Assembly (NCBI GenBank): GCA_963851265.1
Contig: CAWKNZ010000002.1
Coordinates: 1,568,001 to 1,632,000, forward strand
Direction: 5' to 3'
DNA from: an uncultured Gemmatimonadales bacterium
GTDB taxonomy: Bacteria > Gemmatimonadota > Gemmatimonadetes > Gemmatimonadales > Gemmatimonadaceae
DNA: 64,000 nt
Shown here: positions 11,515-22,501 of the stretch, piece after piece
How positions within the stretch are numbered: position 1 is the first letter of the stretch
Layout of the letters: every line of letters starts with the position of its first letter
Program-made: the position numbers and the translations under genes
Notes under the pieces: generated by a model
What the model was told of the DNA's origin: nothing
Seen by the model: the letters and a program-made list of their open reading frames with translations, nothing else
The model's database searches: none

Positions 11515-12882
11515 TCAGTCGCGCGCACCGCGCGCTACCGCCGTTGCAGGCACTGCCGCGAACGCGCCGATCTCGTCGGGTGGGAGGTAAACGCTGCCCC
11601 CGACGCCGCTGCCGCGGCCGACGAGGTCGGCGCTCTCGCCTTGGTACGCGCTCTCGCCGTGCTCCGAGATGTCGACGCCGTCGATCTCGTCGGGCACGCT
11701 CACCCGGAGCGGCGAGACCGCGCGGACGAGCGCGAGGATGCCCACCGTCAGCGTCCCGGCCCAGGCGACCGTGGCAAGAACGGCGATGGCCTGCACGACG
11801 AGCTGGTGCGGGTTGCCGGCGAGCAGCCCGTCGGCGCCGCTCGGATTCACGGCCTTCGTCGCGAACACGCCCGTCAGCAGCGCGCCGACGATGCCGCCGA
11901 TACCGTGGCAGGCGAACACGTCGAGCGAATCGTCGACGCGCGTGCGCGCCCGCAGATGGAGCGCGCCGAAGCTCGCCGCGGCGGCGAGCACCCCGATGAT
12001 GATCGCGCTGGCCGGCGTGACGTACCCCGCCGCGGGGGTGATCGCGACGAGGCCGACCACCGCGCCCGTCGCGGCGCCAACGGCCGACGGCCGTCCGCCC
12101 TTGAACGTCTCCAGGGCCAACCACGCGAGGAGCGCCGCCGAGGCCGCGACGTGCGTCGTCATCGCCGCGTTCGACGCGATGCCGTCGGCCGCGAGCGCCG
12201 AGCCCGCGTTGAAGCCGAACCAGCCGAACCACAGGAGCCCCGCGCCGAGGAGCACGAACGGCACGTTGTGCGGAACGGGTGGCCGACTCTCGATCGCGCG
12301 GCGTCGGCCCAACGTGAGCGCCGCGACGAGCGCCGCCGCGCCCGCGGAAATGTGGACGACCGTCCCACCGGCGAAGTCAAGCGCGCCGAGCTGCTTGAGC
12401 CAGCCTCCGTCGCCCCACACCCAGTGCGCGAGCGGATCGTAGACGAACGTGGACCAGAGGAGTGCGAACATCAGGTACGCGGCGAACCGCATGCGCTCGA
12501 CGACGGCACCGGAGATGAGCGCGAAGGTGATGCCCGCGAACATCGCCTGGTATGCCGCGTAGAGCACGTGCGGCACGCCCGCGGCGTACGTGGTGTTGAC
12601 CGTCGCCCCGACGCCGGTCAGGAAGCGCCAGTCGAGTCCACCGATCCAGCGTGACCCGGGCGCGAACGCGAGCGAGTACCCCACGACCACCCACTGCACG
12701 GTGACGAGCGCGAGCGACGCGATGCTCATGAGCATCGTGTTCAGCGCGCTCTTCCCGCGTACGAGGCCACCGTAGAAGAACGCGAGCCCGGGTACCATGA
12801 CCATCACGAGCGCCGTCGAGACCAACACCCACGCGGTGTCGCCCGCACTGACGGTCGCGGGAGAGGGAGGCGCCTGGATCAC
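11515..12882 (-). CDS. amtB: Ammonium transporter
   Basis: GDTAWVLVSTALV, DFAGGTVVHISAG, LWFGWFGFNAGS and DDSLDVFACHG (twin His); GTG start overlaps the glnK stop. Confidence 0.97.
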   Translation of the reverse strand: MIQAPPSPATVSAGDTAWVLVSTALVMVMVPGLAFFYGGLVRGKSALNTMLMSIASLALVTVQWVVVGYSLAFAPGSRWIGGLDWRFLTGVGATVNTTYAAGVPHVLYAAYQAMFAGITFALISGAVVERMRFAAYLMFALLWSTFVYDPLAHWVWGDGGWLKQLGALDFAGGTVVHISAGAAALVAALTLGRRRAIESRPPVPHNVPFVLLGAGLLWFGWFGFNAGSALAADGIASNAAMTTHVAASAALLAWLALETFKGGRPSAVGAATGAVVGLVAITPAAGYVTPASAIIIGVLAAAASFGALHLRARTRVDDSLDVFACHGIGGIVGALLTGVFATKAVNPSGADGLLAGNPHQLVVQAIAVLATVAWAGTLTVGILALVRAVSPLRVSVPDEIDGVDISEHGESAYQGESADLVGRGSGVGGSVYLPPDEIGAFAAVPATAVARGARD

Positions 12883-13292
12883 GAACGGCCCTCCGTCACG
12901 CCCGCGGTCGCCAGGTCGCGCTCGCGGCGCTGCACGGCGCTCGCCGTCACCGGCGTGAGTGCCGCGACGTCGCGCTCCCCGGTCCGGATGCGGATCACCT
13001 GCTCGAGCGGCTGGACGAAGATCTTGCCGTCGCCGACCTCGCCCGTCCGCGCGGCGGCGAGAATCGCCTGGATGCACGGCTCGACGAACGGCTCGGAGCA
13101 CGCCATCTCGAGGCGCACCTTGTCGTGGAACTCGAGCACGACGGTCTCGGCGCGGTAGCGCTGGACGACTTCGCGCTCGCCGCCGTGCCCGGCGACCCGC
13201 GAGATGGTCACGCCGGTGACCCCGACGCGGAAGAGTGCCGCCTTGACGTCGGGGAGGCGCTCCGGGCGGATGATCGCAGTGATGAGCTTCAC
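12879..13292 (-). CDS. glnK: P-II family nitrogen regulator
   Basis: MKLITAIIRP...TGEVGDGKIFV...IRIRTGE; coupled to amtB. Confidence 0.95.
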   Translation of the reverse strand: MKLITAIIRPERLPDVKAALFRVGVTGVTISRVAGHGGEREVVQRYRAETVVLEFHDKVRLEMACSEPFVEPCIQAILAAARTGEVGDGKIFVQPLEQVIRIRTGERDVAALTPVTASAVQRRERDLATAGVTEGRS

Positions 13293-13303
13293 GGGCTGGG
13301 CGG

Positions 13304-16300
13304 GTGGCGGGGGACCGATCGCACGACGCTACCTTCGAGGCCTTACTGGAACTCTCACCCGTCTGGCCGGTGCGTCAATCCACCCCGCCGTTCGCGCGCG
13401 CCGCGCGCACGGTGTTTGGTACGATCTTTAGCGTCTCGACCGTCGCCGCCGGCGCAGTGGCACTGAACGCCGTCACCTCGCGGCAGGCGCTGGCGCAACG
13501 CTACACGCGCCCCGACGCCCGATGGGTGACCTTCGAGACGCCGCACTTCCGCTTCCATGCACCGGAGGACCTGGCCGGGTGGACGCGTGCGGTGGCTGAG
13601 CGAATGGAGGCGGTACGCGGGGCGGAGCTTCGGACCGTCGGGTACGTCCCGACCGCGAGGACCGACGTGGTCGTCGACGATCCGTTGAACGCGGCCAACG
13701 GGTCGGCGTACCCGTTCCTCGATGCGCCAGCCGTGTTTCTGTGGCCGGTCCCGCCCGACCCGCGCTCGTACATCGGGAACACGCGAAGCTGGGGCGAACT
13801 GCTCGCCGTGCACGAGTTCGCGCACATCGCGCACCTCACCCGCCCCTCGCGCAACGCGCGGCAACGGCTCCTCCGCGCGTTGCTCCCCGGACGCATCGGC
13901 CCGATCTCCACGCGGACGACGCGGTGGGTGTGGGAGGGCTACGCGACGTACGTCGAGGGCGTGGTGACCGGGTCCGGGCGTCCGCACGCGCCGCTGCGTG
14001 CGGCCGTGTTGCGGCGTTGGGCCCTGGACGGGGCGCTGCCGTCGTACGCCGGAATGAGCGGCGCGGGCGGGTACCTCGGCGGAAGCTTCGCCTACGTCAT
14101 GGGCTCGGCCTACCTCGAATGGCTCGGCGCGACGCGCGGCGATTCTTCGGTGACCGACGTGTGGCGTCGGCTCTCGGCGCGGGTGAACCGGTCGTTCGAT
14201 GCCGCGTTCACAGGCGTGTACGGCGACGGCCCGGCGACGCTGTATAACCGGTTCGTCGCGCAGGTCACCGTCGCCGCCGCCGCGGACCGGGCGCGGCTCG
14301 ACTCGGCCGGTCGCGTCGAGGGGGCGCTCGTGCAACGACTCAGTCGCTCGACCGGTGACCCCGCGGTCAGTCCGGACGGACGGCGGATCGCGATCGAGCT
14401 CGCGAACCCGGACGGGCCTTCGCGGGTCGTCGTGTGGCGCGCGGGCGCGGATGCCGCTCGCGACACCGCCGCCGACTCGGCGTACGCGCGCGCCCAGCGG
14501 CGCATCCTGCAGCGCGACCCCGAGGACGTCCCGGCCATCCGCGCATACCCGTTCCCCCGCACGCCCGTCGCGACGCTGCTCGCGGTCGACGGACGATCGC
14601 ACCACGACCCGCGCTGGTTCGCCGACGGCCGCCGTGTGCTCCTGTGGCGGTCAGAGCCGACGGGCGAAGACGTGGTTCGTCCGGACCTGTTCGTGTGGGA
14701 TACCCGTACCGGCGCACTGCGGCGCGTCACTCGCGGCGCGTCGGTGCGCGACGCCGACCCGTCTCCCGACGGACGGAGCGCGGCCGCGGTGCGGTGCGCC
14801 GCCGGACGGTGCGATCTCGTGCGTGTGGACCTCGCCTCGGGCGAGGTCCGCACGATCGTCGCGGGCACGTTCACGCGCACGTGGACGCGGCCGCGCTGGT
14901 CGCCCGACGGGCGGTATCTCGTGAGCCCCGTGCAGGACGGCGGCCGGTGGCGCCTGGCGCTCGTCAACGTGGCCGACCCGGCGGCTCCGGCGGGCGCGTA
15001 CACGTTCGCCACCCCCGACGACGGGGCCGAACGGTACGATGCGGTGTTCACCGCTGACGGCGGGTCACTCGTCTACACGTCGGAACGCGGCGGCGTGCCC
15101 AACGTGACGCGCCTCGCGCTCGAGGGGCACGCGGGCGCCGCCGCGGCGGAGCGCCCGTTGACGCGCGTGACGGGCGCGGCTTTCGCGGCGGCACCGAGCG
15201 CGGCAGAGCACGCCGTGTACTTCCTCGACCTCACGCCGCACGGCCTCGACCTGCGGCGCGTGGTGCCCGACAGCACTCCGGTGCGCGGCGACGTCGTGGA
15301 CCTCACGCCGCCGGCGACGCTACTGCCGCGCTCGCCGGCAGCCGCGGTGCAGGCGACGGTCGCATCGCGCCCGCCGGTTCCCGTCGACACCTTCGCCGTG
15401 ACCGCGGTGCGGCAGCACGCGTACGGCGCCGGGCCGCGGCACTACGCGGGGCTGCCGTTCGGCAGTGCCACCCCCGACGGGTTCGCGGTGGGACTGCAGC
15501 TGGCGAGCCTCGATCCCGTGGGCCGCGTCACGTGGCTGCTGCAAGGGCTGGCGAGTGATCCGCGCCCGTGGCATGGCGCGTCGCTCCGGGCGGCCTGGCG
15601 TGGACTGCCGGCCACCATCACGGGCGAAGTGTTCACCGCGTCGCAGTCGCTCGACGACCGGACGCGGCTCGCGGGTCGCGCGCCCGAGGATCCGGCCATC
15701 GCGCGGCGGACGCGGTACACCGCCGCGGCACTCTTTGCCGCGGGCGAACGGTGGCTCATCGCGGCGCCGGGCGGCGGCCGCGCGCCCGACGTTCGGCTCA
15801 CCGGTCGTTTGGGCGTCGTCGCCGGCCGCGCGCGGCAGGACAGCGCTGCGCCGGCGACCGACGACGACGGCCGCCGTCTCGCGCTCGCGGAGGCGGGCGT
15901 GCGCGTCGGCGGCGAGCGCGGCGACCACGGGCTGTACGGGCTCGTTGGCGGGCAGCTCGCGGCGGGGCGCACCGCCGGCGCGGACTGGCGGCGCGGCACC
16001 GTGAACGCGGCCGTCGGGGCGTACGGGGCGCGGTACGGATTGCGGCTCGATGGCACCTACGCTGCGGCCGGTGCCGCCGCCCCGGCGTACGAGCGGCCCG
16101 CGGTCGGCGGTGCCGCGCCCGGGCTGTTCGATCCGGGCGTGCTCTCGCAACGGCTCGTCTTCCCCGCCCTCCCGACCGCGTACCGCGCCGGCCGCGCCGC
16201 CGCGGTCACGCGCCTCGCGGTCACGGGGACGACGCTCGCGCCCTACGTCGCGGCCCTTACGGCTGGCGATAGGCTCGGTGCCTGGACGCGGGTGGCCGGC

Positions 16301-16441
16301 GTCGAGGCGCGGACCGCGACACCGTTCTTCCCGTTCGCGCGGGCGCCGCAGTCGCGGCTGGTCGCGGGCGTCGCCGAGATCTTCGACGGCCCGCTGCGCG
16401 ACCACACGCGCGGTTACGTCAGCGCCGCGTTCACGCCGTGA
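13304..16441 (+). CDS. Large secreted/outer-membrane protein: HExxH zinc-peptidase-like domain, PD40/TolB-like beta-propeller, C-terminal beta-strand-rich region (true start probably ~100-150 nt further in)
   Basis: Signal-like ...[15 protein letters not shown] plus [11 protein letters not shown]; repeats [47 protein letters not shown]; ends GYVSAAFTP. Confidence 0.75.
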   Translation: MAGDRSHDATFEALLELSPVWPVRQSTPPFARAARTVFGTIFSVSTVAAGAVALNAVTSRQALAQRYTRPDARWVTFETPHFRFHAPEDLAGWTRAVAERMEAVRGAELRTVGYVPTARTDVVVDDPLNAANGSAYPFLDAPAVFLWPVPPDPRSYIGNTRSWGELLAVHEFAHIAHLTRPSRNARQRLLRALLPGRIGPISTRTTRWVWEGYATYVEGVVTGSGRPHAPLRAAVLRRWALDGALPSYAGMSGAGGYLGGSFAYVMGSAYLEWLGATRGDSSVTDVWRRLSARVNRSFDAAFTGVYGDGPATLYNRFVAQVTVAAAADRARLDSAGRVEGALVQRLSRSTGDPAVSPDGRRIAIELANPDGPSRVVVWRAGADAARDTAADSAYARAQRRILQRDPEDVPAIRAYPFPRTPVATLLAVDGRSHHDPRWFADGRRVLLWRSEPTGEDVVRPDLFVWDTRTGALRRVTRGASVRDADPSPDGRSAAAVRCAAGRCDLVRVDLASGEVRTIVAGTFTRTWTRPRWSPDGRYLVSPVQDGGRWRLALVNVADPAAPAGAYTFATPDDGAERYDAVFTADGGSLVYTSERGGVPNVTRLALEGHAGAAAAERPLTRVTGAAFAAAPSAAEHAVYFLDLTPHGLDLRRVVPDSTPVRGDVVDLTPPATLLPRSPAAAVQATVASRPPVPVDTFAVTAVRQHAYGAGPRHYAGLPFGSATPDGFAVGLQLASLDPVGRVTWLLQGLASDPRPWHGASLRAAWRGLPATITGEVFTASQSLDDRTRLAGRAPEDPAIARRTRYTAAALFAAGERWLIAAPGGGRAPDVRLTGRLGVVAGRARQDSAAPATDDDGRRLALAEAGVRVGGERGDHGLYGLVGGQLAAGRTAGADWRRGTVNAAVGAYGARYGLRLDGTYAAAGAAAPAYERPAVGGAAPGLFDPGVLSQRLVFPALPTAYRAGRAAAVTRLAVTGTTLAPYVAALTAGDRLGAWTRVAGVEARTATPFFPFARAPQSRLVAGVAEIFDGPLRDHTRGYVSAAFTP

Positions 16442-18108
16442 CCGCGGAGCGGGTCGCCGTGCGGCGGCTCCGGGTCGGAGGCGTCGCCCGGAACCGCGGC
16501 CTCCGCCCCGTCCAGGAGCGCGTACGCGCCTAACGTGAGGAACTCCTCGAACCGCTCGCTCAACACCAGGCGGTCGAGGAGGGAGGCGGCGTCGCGCAGG
16601 CGGTGGACCGTGCCCGCGCGTTCGGCCTCCAGCGCGTCGAGCTGGCCGGCGCGGACGGTCCGATAGTGGTCGGCGGTGATCGACGTCCCCTCGGCCGTGG
16701 TCACCCCGCGGTGAACCCACTGCCAGAGCTGCGCGCGCGAGATCTCCGCCGTGGCCGCGTCCTCCATCAGGTTGTGGATCGCGACCGCGCCCGCGCCGCG
16801 GAGCCACGCTTCGAGGTACTGGAGCGCGACGTCGACGTTCAGGCGCACCCCGGCGTCGGTGACCGTCCCGCCCGGGACGTGCAGGTCGGCGATGGCGTGC
16901 GCGTCGCGGACGACGTCGTCGCGCAGGCGCTCCTTCTGGTTCGCGCGGTCGCCGAGCTGCGCGGCGAAGACGTCCATCGCGACCGGCACGAGGTCGGGGT
17001 GCGCGACCCACGTCCCGTCGAACCCGTCGCCCGCCTCGCGCAGCTTGTCCTCGCGCACGCGCGCTACGGCCGCCTCGGTCACGGCAGCGTCCCGCCGGTT
17101 GGGGATGAACGCCGCCATCCCGCCGATCGCGTGCGCGCCGCGGCGGTGGCAGGTCTGGACGAGCAACTCGGTGTACGCGCGCATGAACGGCACCGTCATC
17201 GTGACCTGGGAGCGGTCGGGGAGCACGGGCGCGCCGGGGAGCACGCCGAGCTTCTTGATGGCCGAGAAGATGTAGTCCCAGCGGCCCGCGTTGAGCCCCG
17301 ACGCGTGGTCGCGCAGCTCGTAGAGGATCTCGTCCATCGCGAACGCGGCAAGGATGGTCTCGACGAGCACCGTGGCGCGCACGCTCCCGTGCGGGATGCC
17401 TAACGCCTGCTGCGCGTACACGAACGCGTCGTTCCACAGCCGCGCTTCGTCGCGCGCCTCTAGCTTCGGGATATAGAAGTACGGCCCCGTCCCGCGCGCG
17501 AGCGCCTCCGCGGCGTTGTGGTACATGTGGAGCCCGAAGTCGAACAGCGACCCCGAGACCGGTCGCCCGTCGACGAGCACGTGCGACTCGTCGAGGTGCC
17601 AGCCGCGCGGGCGCACGAGCAGCGTCGCGGTCGCGTCGCGCAGCGCGTAGCGCTTGCCGCCCTGCTCCATCTCGAGCGTACGGCGGACGGCGTCCATGAG
17701 GTTGCCCTGCCCGTCGACGACGTTGCGCCACGTCGGGCTGTTCGCGTCCTCGAGGTCCGCCATGAAGCAGTCCGCGCCCGAGTTGAGCGCGTTGATCATC
17801 ATCTTGCGGTCGACCGGGCCGGTGATCTCGACGCGGCGCCGTTCGAGGTCGGGCGGGGTGGACGCGACGCGCCAGTCGCCGGCGCGCACGCCGGCGCCGT
17901 CCGCGCCGAACTCCAGCGGTTCGCCGGCGGCGAGCCGCGCCTGCCGCTCCCGCCGCGCGTCCAACAGCTCGCGGCGCCGCGCGCCGAACCTGCGATCGAG
18001 GTCCGCCACGAAGGCGAGCGCCTCGGGCGTGAGCACGCGATCAGCGTCGGCGGGCAACTCGCCCGACGCCGGCGGACGGATTTCGACTCCCGAGGGAAGC
18101 GCGGACAT
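16414..18108 (-). CDS. aceB: Malate synthase A
   Basis: [40 protein letters not shown] and [18 protein letters not shown]. Confidence 0.97.
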   Translation of the reverse strand: MSALPSGVEIRPPASGELPADADRVLTPEALAFVADLDRRFGARRRELLDARRERQARLAAGEPLEFGADGAGVRAGDWRVASTPPDLERRRVEITGPVDRKMMINALNSGADCFMADLEDANSPTWRNVVDGQGNLMDAVRRTLEMEQGGKRYALRDATATLLVRPRGWHLDESHVLVDGRPVSGSLFDFGLHMYHNAAEALARGTGPYFYIPKLEARDEARLWNDAFVYAQQALGIPHGSVRATVLVETILAAFAMDEILYELRDHASGLNAGRWDYIFSAIKKLGVLPGAPVLPDRSQVTMTVPFMRAYTELLVQTCHRRGAHAIGGMAAFIPNRRDAAVTEAAVARVREDKLREAGDGFDGTWVAHPDLVPVAMDVFAAQLGDRANQKERLRDDVVRDAHAIADLHVPGGTVTDAGVRLNVDVALQYLEAWLRGAGAVAIHNLMEDAATAEISRAQLWQWVHRGVTTAEGTSITADHYRTVRAGQLDALEAERAGTVHRLRDAASLLDRLVLSERFEEFLTLGAYALLDGAEAAVPGDASDPEPPHGDPLRGHGVNAALT

Positions 18109-18197
18109 GCAGAGCTCGGCTGAAGACGGGGCATGACGACGGGGCGGTCGCGCCGTCGCACCGTAGGGAATTGCCGCAGGGGAACTAACTTGCGCGC

Positions 18198-18791
18198 ATG
18201 GCTCTCACCACCCCGACGACGCACGTGCATCCCGCGCCGGTCCCGGCGTCCGACCCCGCCGCACTGCGGGCGCGGTTCGCCGCGGCGCCGACGCTTGAGA
18301 CGTTCCTTCCGACTGCGGTCAAGAACGCCGACCTGTGGCGCACGTCGGCTCGCCTCGCCAAGGTGTCCGACGACCTCGTCGCGCGCGTCGCCGCGCTCGG
18401 CACGCGATTTCACCTGCTGGTGCTCTCGGAGGACTGGTGCGGCGACGCGGTCAACTCGGTGCCGTACGTCGCACGCCTGGCCGAACTGGCGCCGAACCTG
18501 GAGCTGCGCGTGCTCGCGCGCGACGAGAACCTCGACCTGATGGACGACCACCTCACCGGAACCGCTCGCTCGATCCCCGTCGTCCTCGTCTATGACGAGG
18601 GCTGGGCGGAGCGCGGGTGGTGGGGACCGCGCCCGAGCGAACTGCAGGCGTGGGTGATGGGTCCGGGTCAGGCGCTCGAGAAGGATGATCGGTACCGGGA
18701 GGTCCGCACGTGGTACGCGCGCGACCGCGGCGGAAGCACTCTCGCCGAGGTCGTCGCGCTGCTCGAGGCCGCGGCGGCGAGGCCAGTGTAG
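18198..18791 (+). CDS. Thioredoxin-family protein (WCGD-type, single Cys)
   Basis: [21 protein letters not shown] and WWGPRP. Confidence 0.85.
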   Translation: MALTTPTTHVHPAPVPASDPAALRARFAAAPTLETFLPTAVKNADLWRTSARLAKVSDDLVARVAALGTRFHLLVLSEDWCGDAVNSVPYVARLAELAPNLELRVLARDENLDLMDDHLTGTARSIPVVLVYDEGWAERGWWGPRPSELQAWVMGPGQALEKDDRYREVRTWYARDRGGSTLAEVVALLEAAAARPV

Positions 18792-19093
18792 GGCGTCGCA
18801 CGTCGGTTGGAGGTCCGTCCGGCGGGGACCGCGATCGGAGGACGCGCCTGAGCCCCGTGTCGGTAGCGGTAACGTTGCAGATCGCGGCGCAAGGTGCGGA
18901 GCGGCGTCCGAAGCTGAGGCCGGAACCGGGACGGAACTGCGGCACCGGAACCCGCGCACGCCCCCGGCGTACGACGAACGTTGGATCTGCCACGGGACGG
19001 CCAGCGTTCGGGCGTGACAGCCCCGAGCGGTGCGTCGTCTCGCGGGGGATCGCGTCGAAGTCCGGCGACGCCGAACGTGTCCCGCCCCGCCTC

Positions 19094-21055
19094 ATGCCCT
19101 CTGCCTCGTCCTTCTCCTCGTCAGACCCGGCCGACGCTTCGTCGGGGGCTGATGCTCGCGTCATAACGCCGTCGTCGATCCGGGAGTCGGGGCGCGAGCG
19201 CCGGAACTGGCGCACGCGCGTTCGACTCGACCTGCTCACGCGCAGTGGCGGGCCCGTCCGGTACGGTCTCCTCGCGCTCCTGATCGCGATGGTCGTCGCG
19301 GCGGTGGCGAGCTGGCGCGCGGTGCGCGTCTCGGGGCTGGCTCCCGCGGCCGTCGCGTACTCCGAGCTCGCGGCGCTGATCCAGGCACGGCAGATCGGCG
19401 ACGTGATGGTCGACGCGGCGGGGACGCACGTCGTCGCGCAGTTGCGGGTGCCTGGGGTGGTCCACTTCCACGTCGCCAACGTCGTCACGGCCGCGGTGCC
19501 GGCGCACGCGCTGACCGTCGACGTTCTCGACCGGTGGGCGGCGAGCGGGGCGCGGGTGCGCGTCGCCGACGCGGACCCGATGACGGGCGAGCAGATGGTG
19601 CAGGTCGGCGGACTGTTGCTGCTCATGGGCGTGATCGGGTTCACGCTGCTGCGCCAACGCGGCGGCGCCGCGGCGCGGCGGTTCACGGCCACGCCAACCA
19701 CGCGTCAGCTCACGCTGGACGACGTCGGCGGGGCGCAGGAGGCGCGTGCCGACGTGCGCGACGTGGTCGCCTATCTCAAGGCGCCGGGTCGATTCCGGGC
19801 GATGGGCGCGAAGTGTCCCAAGGGGCTGCTCCTCGTGGGTCCGCCCGGCACGGGCAAGACTCTTCTCGCCCGCGCGATCGCCGGCGAGGCGGGCGTCCCC
19901 GTGATCCAGGCGGCCGGGTCGGATTTCAACGAGATGTACGTGGGTGTCGGCGCCAAGCGGGTGCGGCAGCTCGCGAAGCAGGCCCGCGAGCAGGCGCCGT
20001 GCATCGTGTTCATCGACGAATTCGATTCGTTGGGCGGCCGCCGCGGTCGACCCAACCGATCGGGCGAGGAGGAGGTCACGCTCAACCAGCTGCTCGTCGA
20101 GATGGACGGGATGGCCGGAAGCGAGGGCGTCGTCTGGATGGCCGCGACCAACCGCGAAGACATGCTCGACCCGGCAGTGCGCCGCCCCGGACGGTTCGAC
20201 CGCGTGGTCGAGGTCGCGCTGCCGAGCGCGTCGGACCGCCTCGAGATTCTCAAGATCCACGCGCGCACCGCGAAGCTCGCGCCAGACGTCGACCTGACGC
20301 GCCTCGCCCAGCTCACGGTCGGCCACTCGGGGGCGGAGCTCGCGAACTTGCTCAACGAGGCGGCGATCGTGGCGGTTCAAGACGACGCGACCCTGATCAC
20401 CGCGGCGCACATCGAGCAAGCGCGCGACAAGATCCTGCTCGGCCGCGTGCGCGCCGGCGTCGTCGTCCGTGACGACGAGCGGCGGATGATCGCGCTGCAC
20501 GAGGCGGGGCACGCGGTGGTCGGGCTGATTGCCTGCCCGCAGGACCGGCTGCACAAGGTGACGATCGAGCCGCGCGGGCGGACCATGGGCGCCGCGCACT
20601 TCGCGCCCGATTCCGATCGCCACCTGCACACCCGCCGGTACCTGCTCGGCGTGCTCGCCAAGACGCTCGGCGGTCGCGCGGCCGAGCTCGTGTTCGCCGG
20701 ACCCGAAGAGATTACGTCTGGCGCCGGCGGCGACCTCGTGCAGGCAACGAGCGTCGCGCGACGCATGGTCGCGGACTTCGGGATGAGCGACGAGGTCGGG
20801 CTGGTGAGCGCCGACGCCGCCGCGAACGGCGGCGCCCCGTCGTCGCAGCTGCTCGGACAGATCGACAGCGCGACGCGAGCGTTGATTCGCGCGCAGGCCG
20901 ACCGCGCCGAGGCGCTCGTCCGCGAGCACCGCGCCGCCGTCGAGGCCGTCGCCGATGCGCTCGTCGCGCGAGACGTCCTGAGCGCGGACGACGTGATCGC
21001 GATCGCTGCGGCGCACGGCGTGGTCGTCGCCCAGCAGCCGCTCGTCGCGGCGTAG
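19094..21055 (+). CDS. Second FtsH-like AAA+ zinc metalloprotease
   Basis: 2 TM helices, [39 protein letters not shown] and GAGGDLVQAT; start approximate. Confidence 0.92.
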   Translation: MPSASSFSSSDPADASSGADARVITPSSIRESGRERRNWRTRVRLDLLTRSGGPVRYGLLALLIAMVVAAVASWRAVRVSGLAPAAVAYSELAALIQARQIGDVMVDAAGTHVVAQLRVPGVVHFHVANVVTAAVPAHALTVDVLDRWAASGARVRVADADPMTGEQMVQVGGLLLLMGVIGFTLLRQRGGAAARRFTATPTTRQLTLDDVGGAQEARADVRDVVAYLKAPGRFRAMGAKCPKGLLLVGPPGTGKTLLARAIAGEAGVPVIQAAGSDFNEMYVGVGAKRVRQLAKQAREQAPCIVFIDEFDSLGGRRGRPNRSGEEEVTLNQLLVEMDGMAGSEGVVWMAATNREDMLDPAVRRPGRFDRVVEVALPSASDRLEILKIHARTAKLAPDVDLTRLAQLTVGHSGAELANLLNEAAIVAVQDDATLITAAHIEQARDKILLGRVRAGVVVRDDERRMIALHEAGHAVVGLIACPQDRLHKVTIEPRGRTMGAAHFAPDSDRHLHTRRYLLGVLAKTLGGRAAELVFAGPEEITSGAGGDLVQATSVARRMVADFGMSDEVGLVSADAAANGGAPSSQLLGQIDSATRALIRAQADRAEALVREHRAAVEAVADALVARDVLSADDVIAIAAAHGVVVAQQPLVAA

Positions 21056-21109
21056 CGTTCCGCGCGTGCGATGCGGCGGCCTACGCGGCCGTCGCCCGAT
21101 TCGTGAACG

Positions 21110-22501
21110 TCAGCGCCAGAACGGGATCCGGACTGGCGCGGTGTCGCCCGGCGCCGGAGCGCGCCGGGCGGGGTGGACGCCGATCACGTGCTCGCCGCTG
21201 GCGAGGTTCGCCGCGGGAATCAGCATCAAGAACCCGCGACGTTCCGTGCGCGGGTTGGTGAAGAACCGGAACCGGCCGCCCGCGGGTCGGCCGTCGAGCG
21301 TGACCGCGTGGAGTCGCGCGACGCAGGCCAGGATCGCGTCGTCACCGGCCGCTACTCCCGGCGCGTCGTCGTCGTTTTCGGGCGGCCGAAGCGTCGGACA
21401 GACGCGGCGCAGGGCCACGTTGTGGGAGGCGGGCCGATACGGGACGAACAGCCGAACGTACGGGTCGACGATGACGTCGCTCTGGATGCTCGGCAGGGTG
21501 GGCGACGCGTCTGCGGCGCGCATCGAGTCGTACAGGTCGGCCGTGACCACCCCCGGGCGACGTCCGTCGGCGAAGTACGTGTAGTTGAAACGCGCGGGCG
21601 GCGCACCGGGGTCTGCCATCGCCGCGAAGGCCGCCGCGTATGCACCGATGATCCCGACCGACAGCGCCGCGTACGCGACGCGCCGGTTGAGGTTGCTGGT
21701 GAGCACGGCGCCGAGCGAACGCACGCCGTCGGGCGTTAGCGCACCCGCAGCGCGGAGCACCATGCGCACGAAGCGCTCGGGCCGTCCGCCCGGTGCGAGG
21801 TGCGCGCCGCGGCGGATGTCCGTGATCGCCGCCCCGAGCACCGCGATCAACGCGCTGGCGGTGAGGACGCCGAACACGATGAGCGCCGCCTTTACCGGGA
21901 GTGCGACCGAGAGCAAGCCCATGACGACGACGATCGCGGCGAGCAGTCCGAAGCTGGACGCCACCGCGGCCGCCAGGAAGAACCCGGTCGCGAACACCAG
22001 GCTCGCGGCGTCGTTCGCTCGCCCGATAAACGAGGGTAGGGGGCGGACGCGAGGGCGCATGATCTCGGTCTGGATGCGACCGTATTCGCGCTGCTTGTCC
22101 CATCGGACGCCGTGCGGAAACACGGCGTTCACGCCGACGAGCGCCACCCAGTAGCCACGAAGCGCGAGCGCGACCGTGAAGCAGATGATGAGCGCATAGA
22201 GCGCGGCGAGCACCGCCTGCGCCAAGGTTCGCCCGGCGACCGCAGCGGCGAGCGACAGGTGCGGCTCCCAGTGGTGCCAGATGCCCTGCAACCACGGCGG
22301 GATCTGGAACAGCCCGACGAGGACGATCCCCGTGACGAGCAGTTCGAGCTCCCACGCCGGGCTCACGACCTGCGCGTCGACGCTGACAAGCCTCACCTCG
22401 GTCGGCTCGGGCGGCGCCTCGGCGACGGTGTCGGGCGGTTCTCCCGCACCGCGCGGCGGCGCGTACCCGGCGGCGCCGCCTGGGCGCGGCGGCGCGCTCA
22501 C
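21110..22501 (-). CDS. Hypothetical multi-pass membrane protein with a C-terminal soluble domain
   Basis: GTG at 22501 overlaps the peptidase stop (GTGA); about 6 hydrophobic segments (WELELLVTGIVLVGLF, ALRGYWVALVG); ends RIPFWR. Confidence 0.75.
   Translation of the reverse strand: MSAPPRPGGAAGYAPPRGAGEPPDTVAEAPPEPTEVRLVSVDAQVVSPAWELELLVTGIVLVGLFQIPPWLQGIWHHWEPHLSLAAAVAGRTLAQAVLAALYALIICFTVALALRGYWVALVGVNAVFPHGVRWDKQREYGRIQTEIMRPRVRPLPSFIGRANDAASLVFATGFFLAAAVASSFGLLAAIVVVMGLLSVALPVKAALIVFGVLTASALIAVLGAAITDIRRGAHLAPGGRPERFVRMVLRAAGALTPDGVRSLGAVLTSNLNRRVAYAALSVGIIGAYAAAFAAMADPGAPPARFNYTYFADGRRPGVVTADLYDSMRAADASPTLPSIQSDVIVDPYVRLFVPYRPASHNVALRRVCPTLRPPENDDDAPGVAAGDDAILACVARLHAVTLDGRPAGGRFRFFTNPRTERRGFLMLIPAANLASGEHVIGVHPARRAPAPGDTAPVRIPFWR

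Noticed and set aside
13416..13432. Sigma54 promoter (TGGTACGATCTTTAGC) near glnK
   Set aside because: The GG-to-GC spacing is one base too long and it faces away from glnK.
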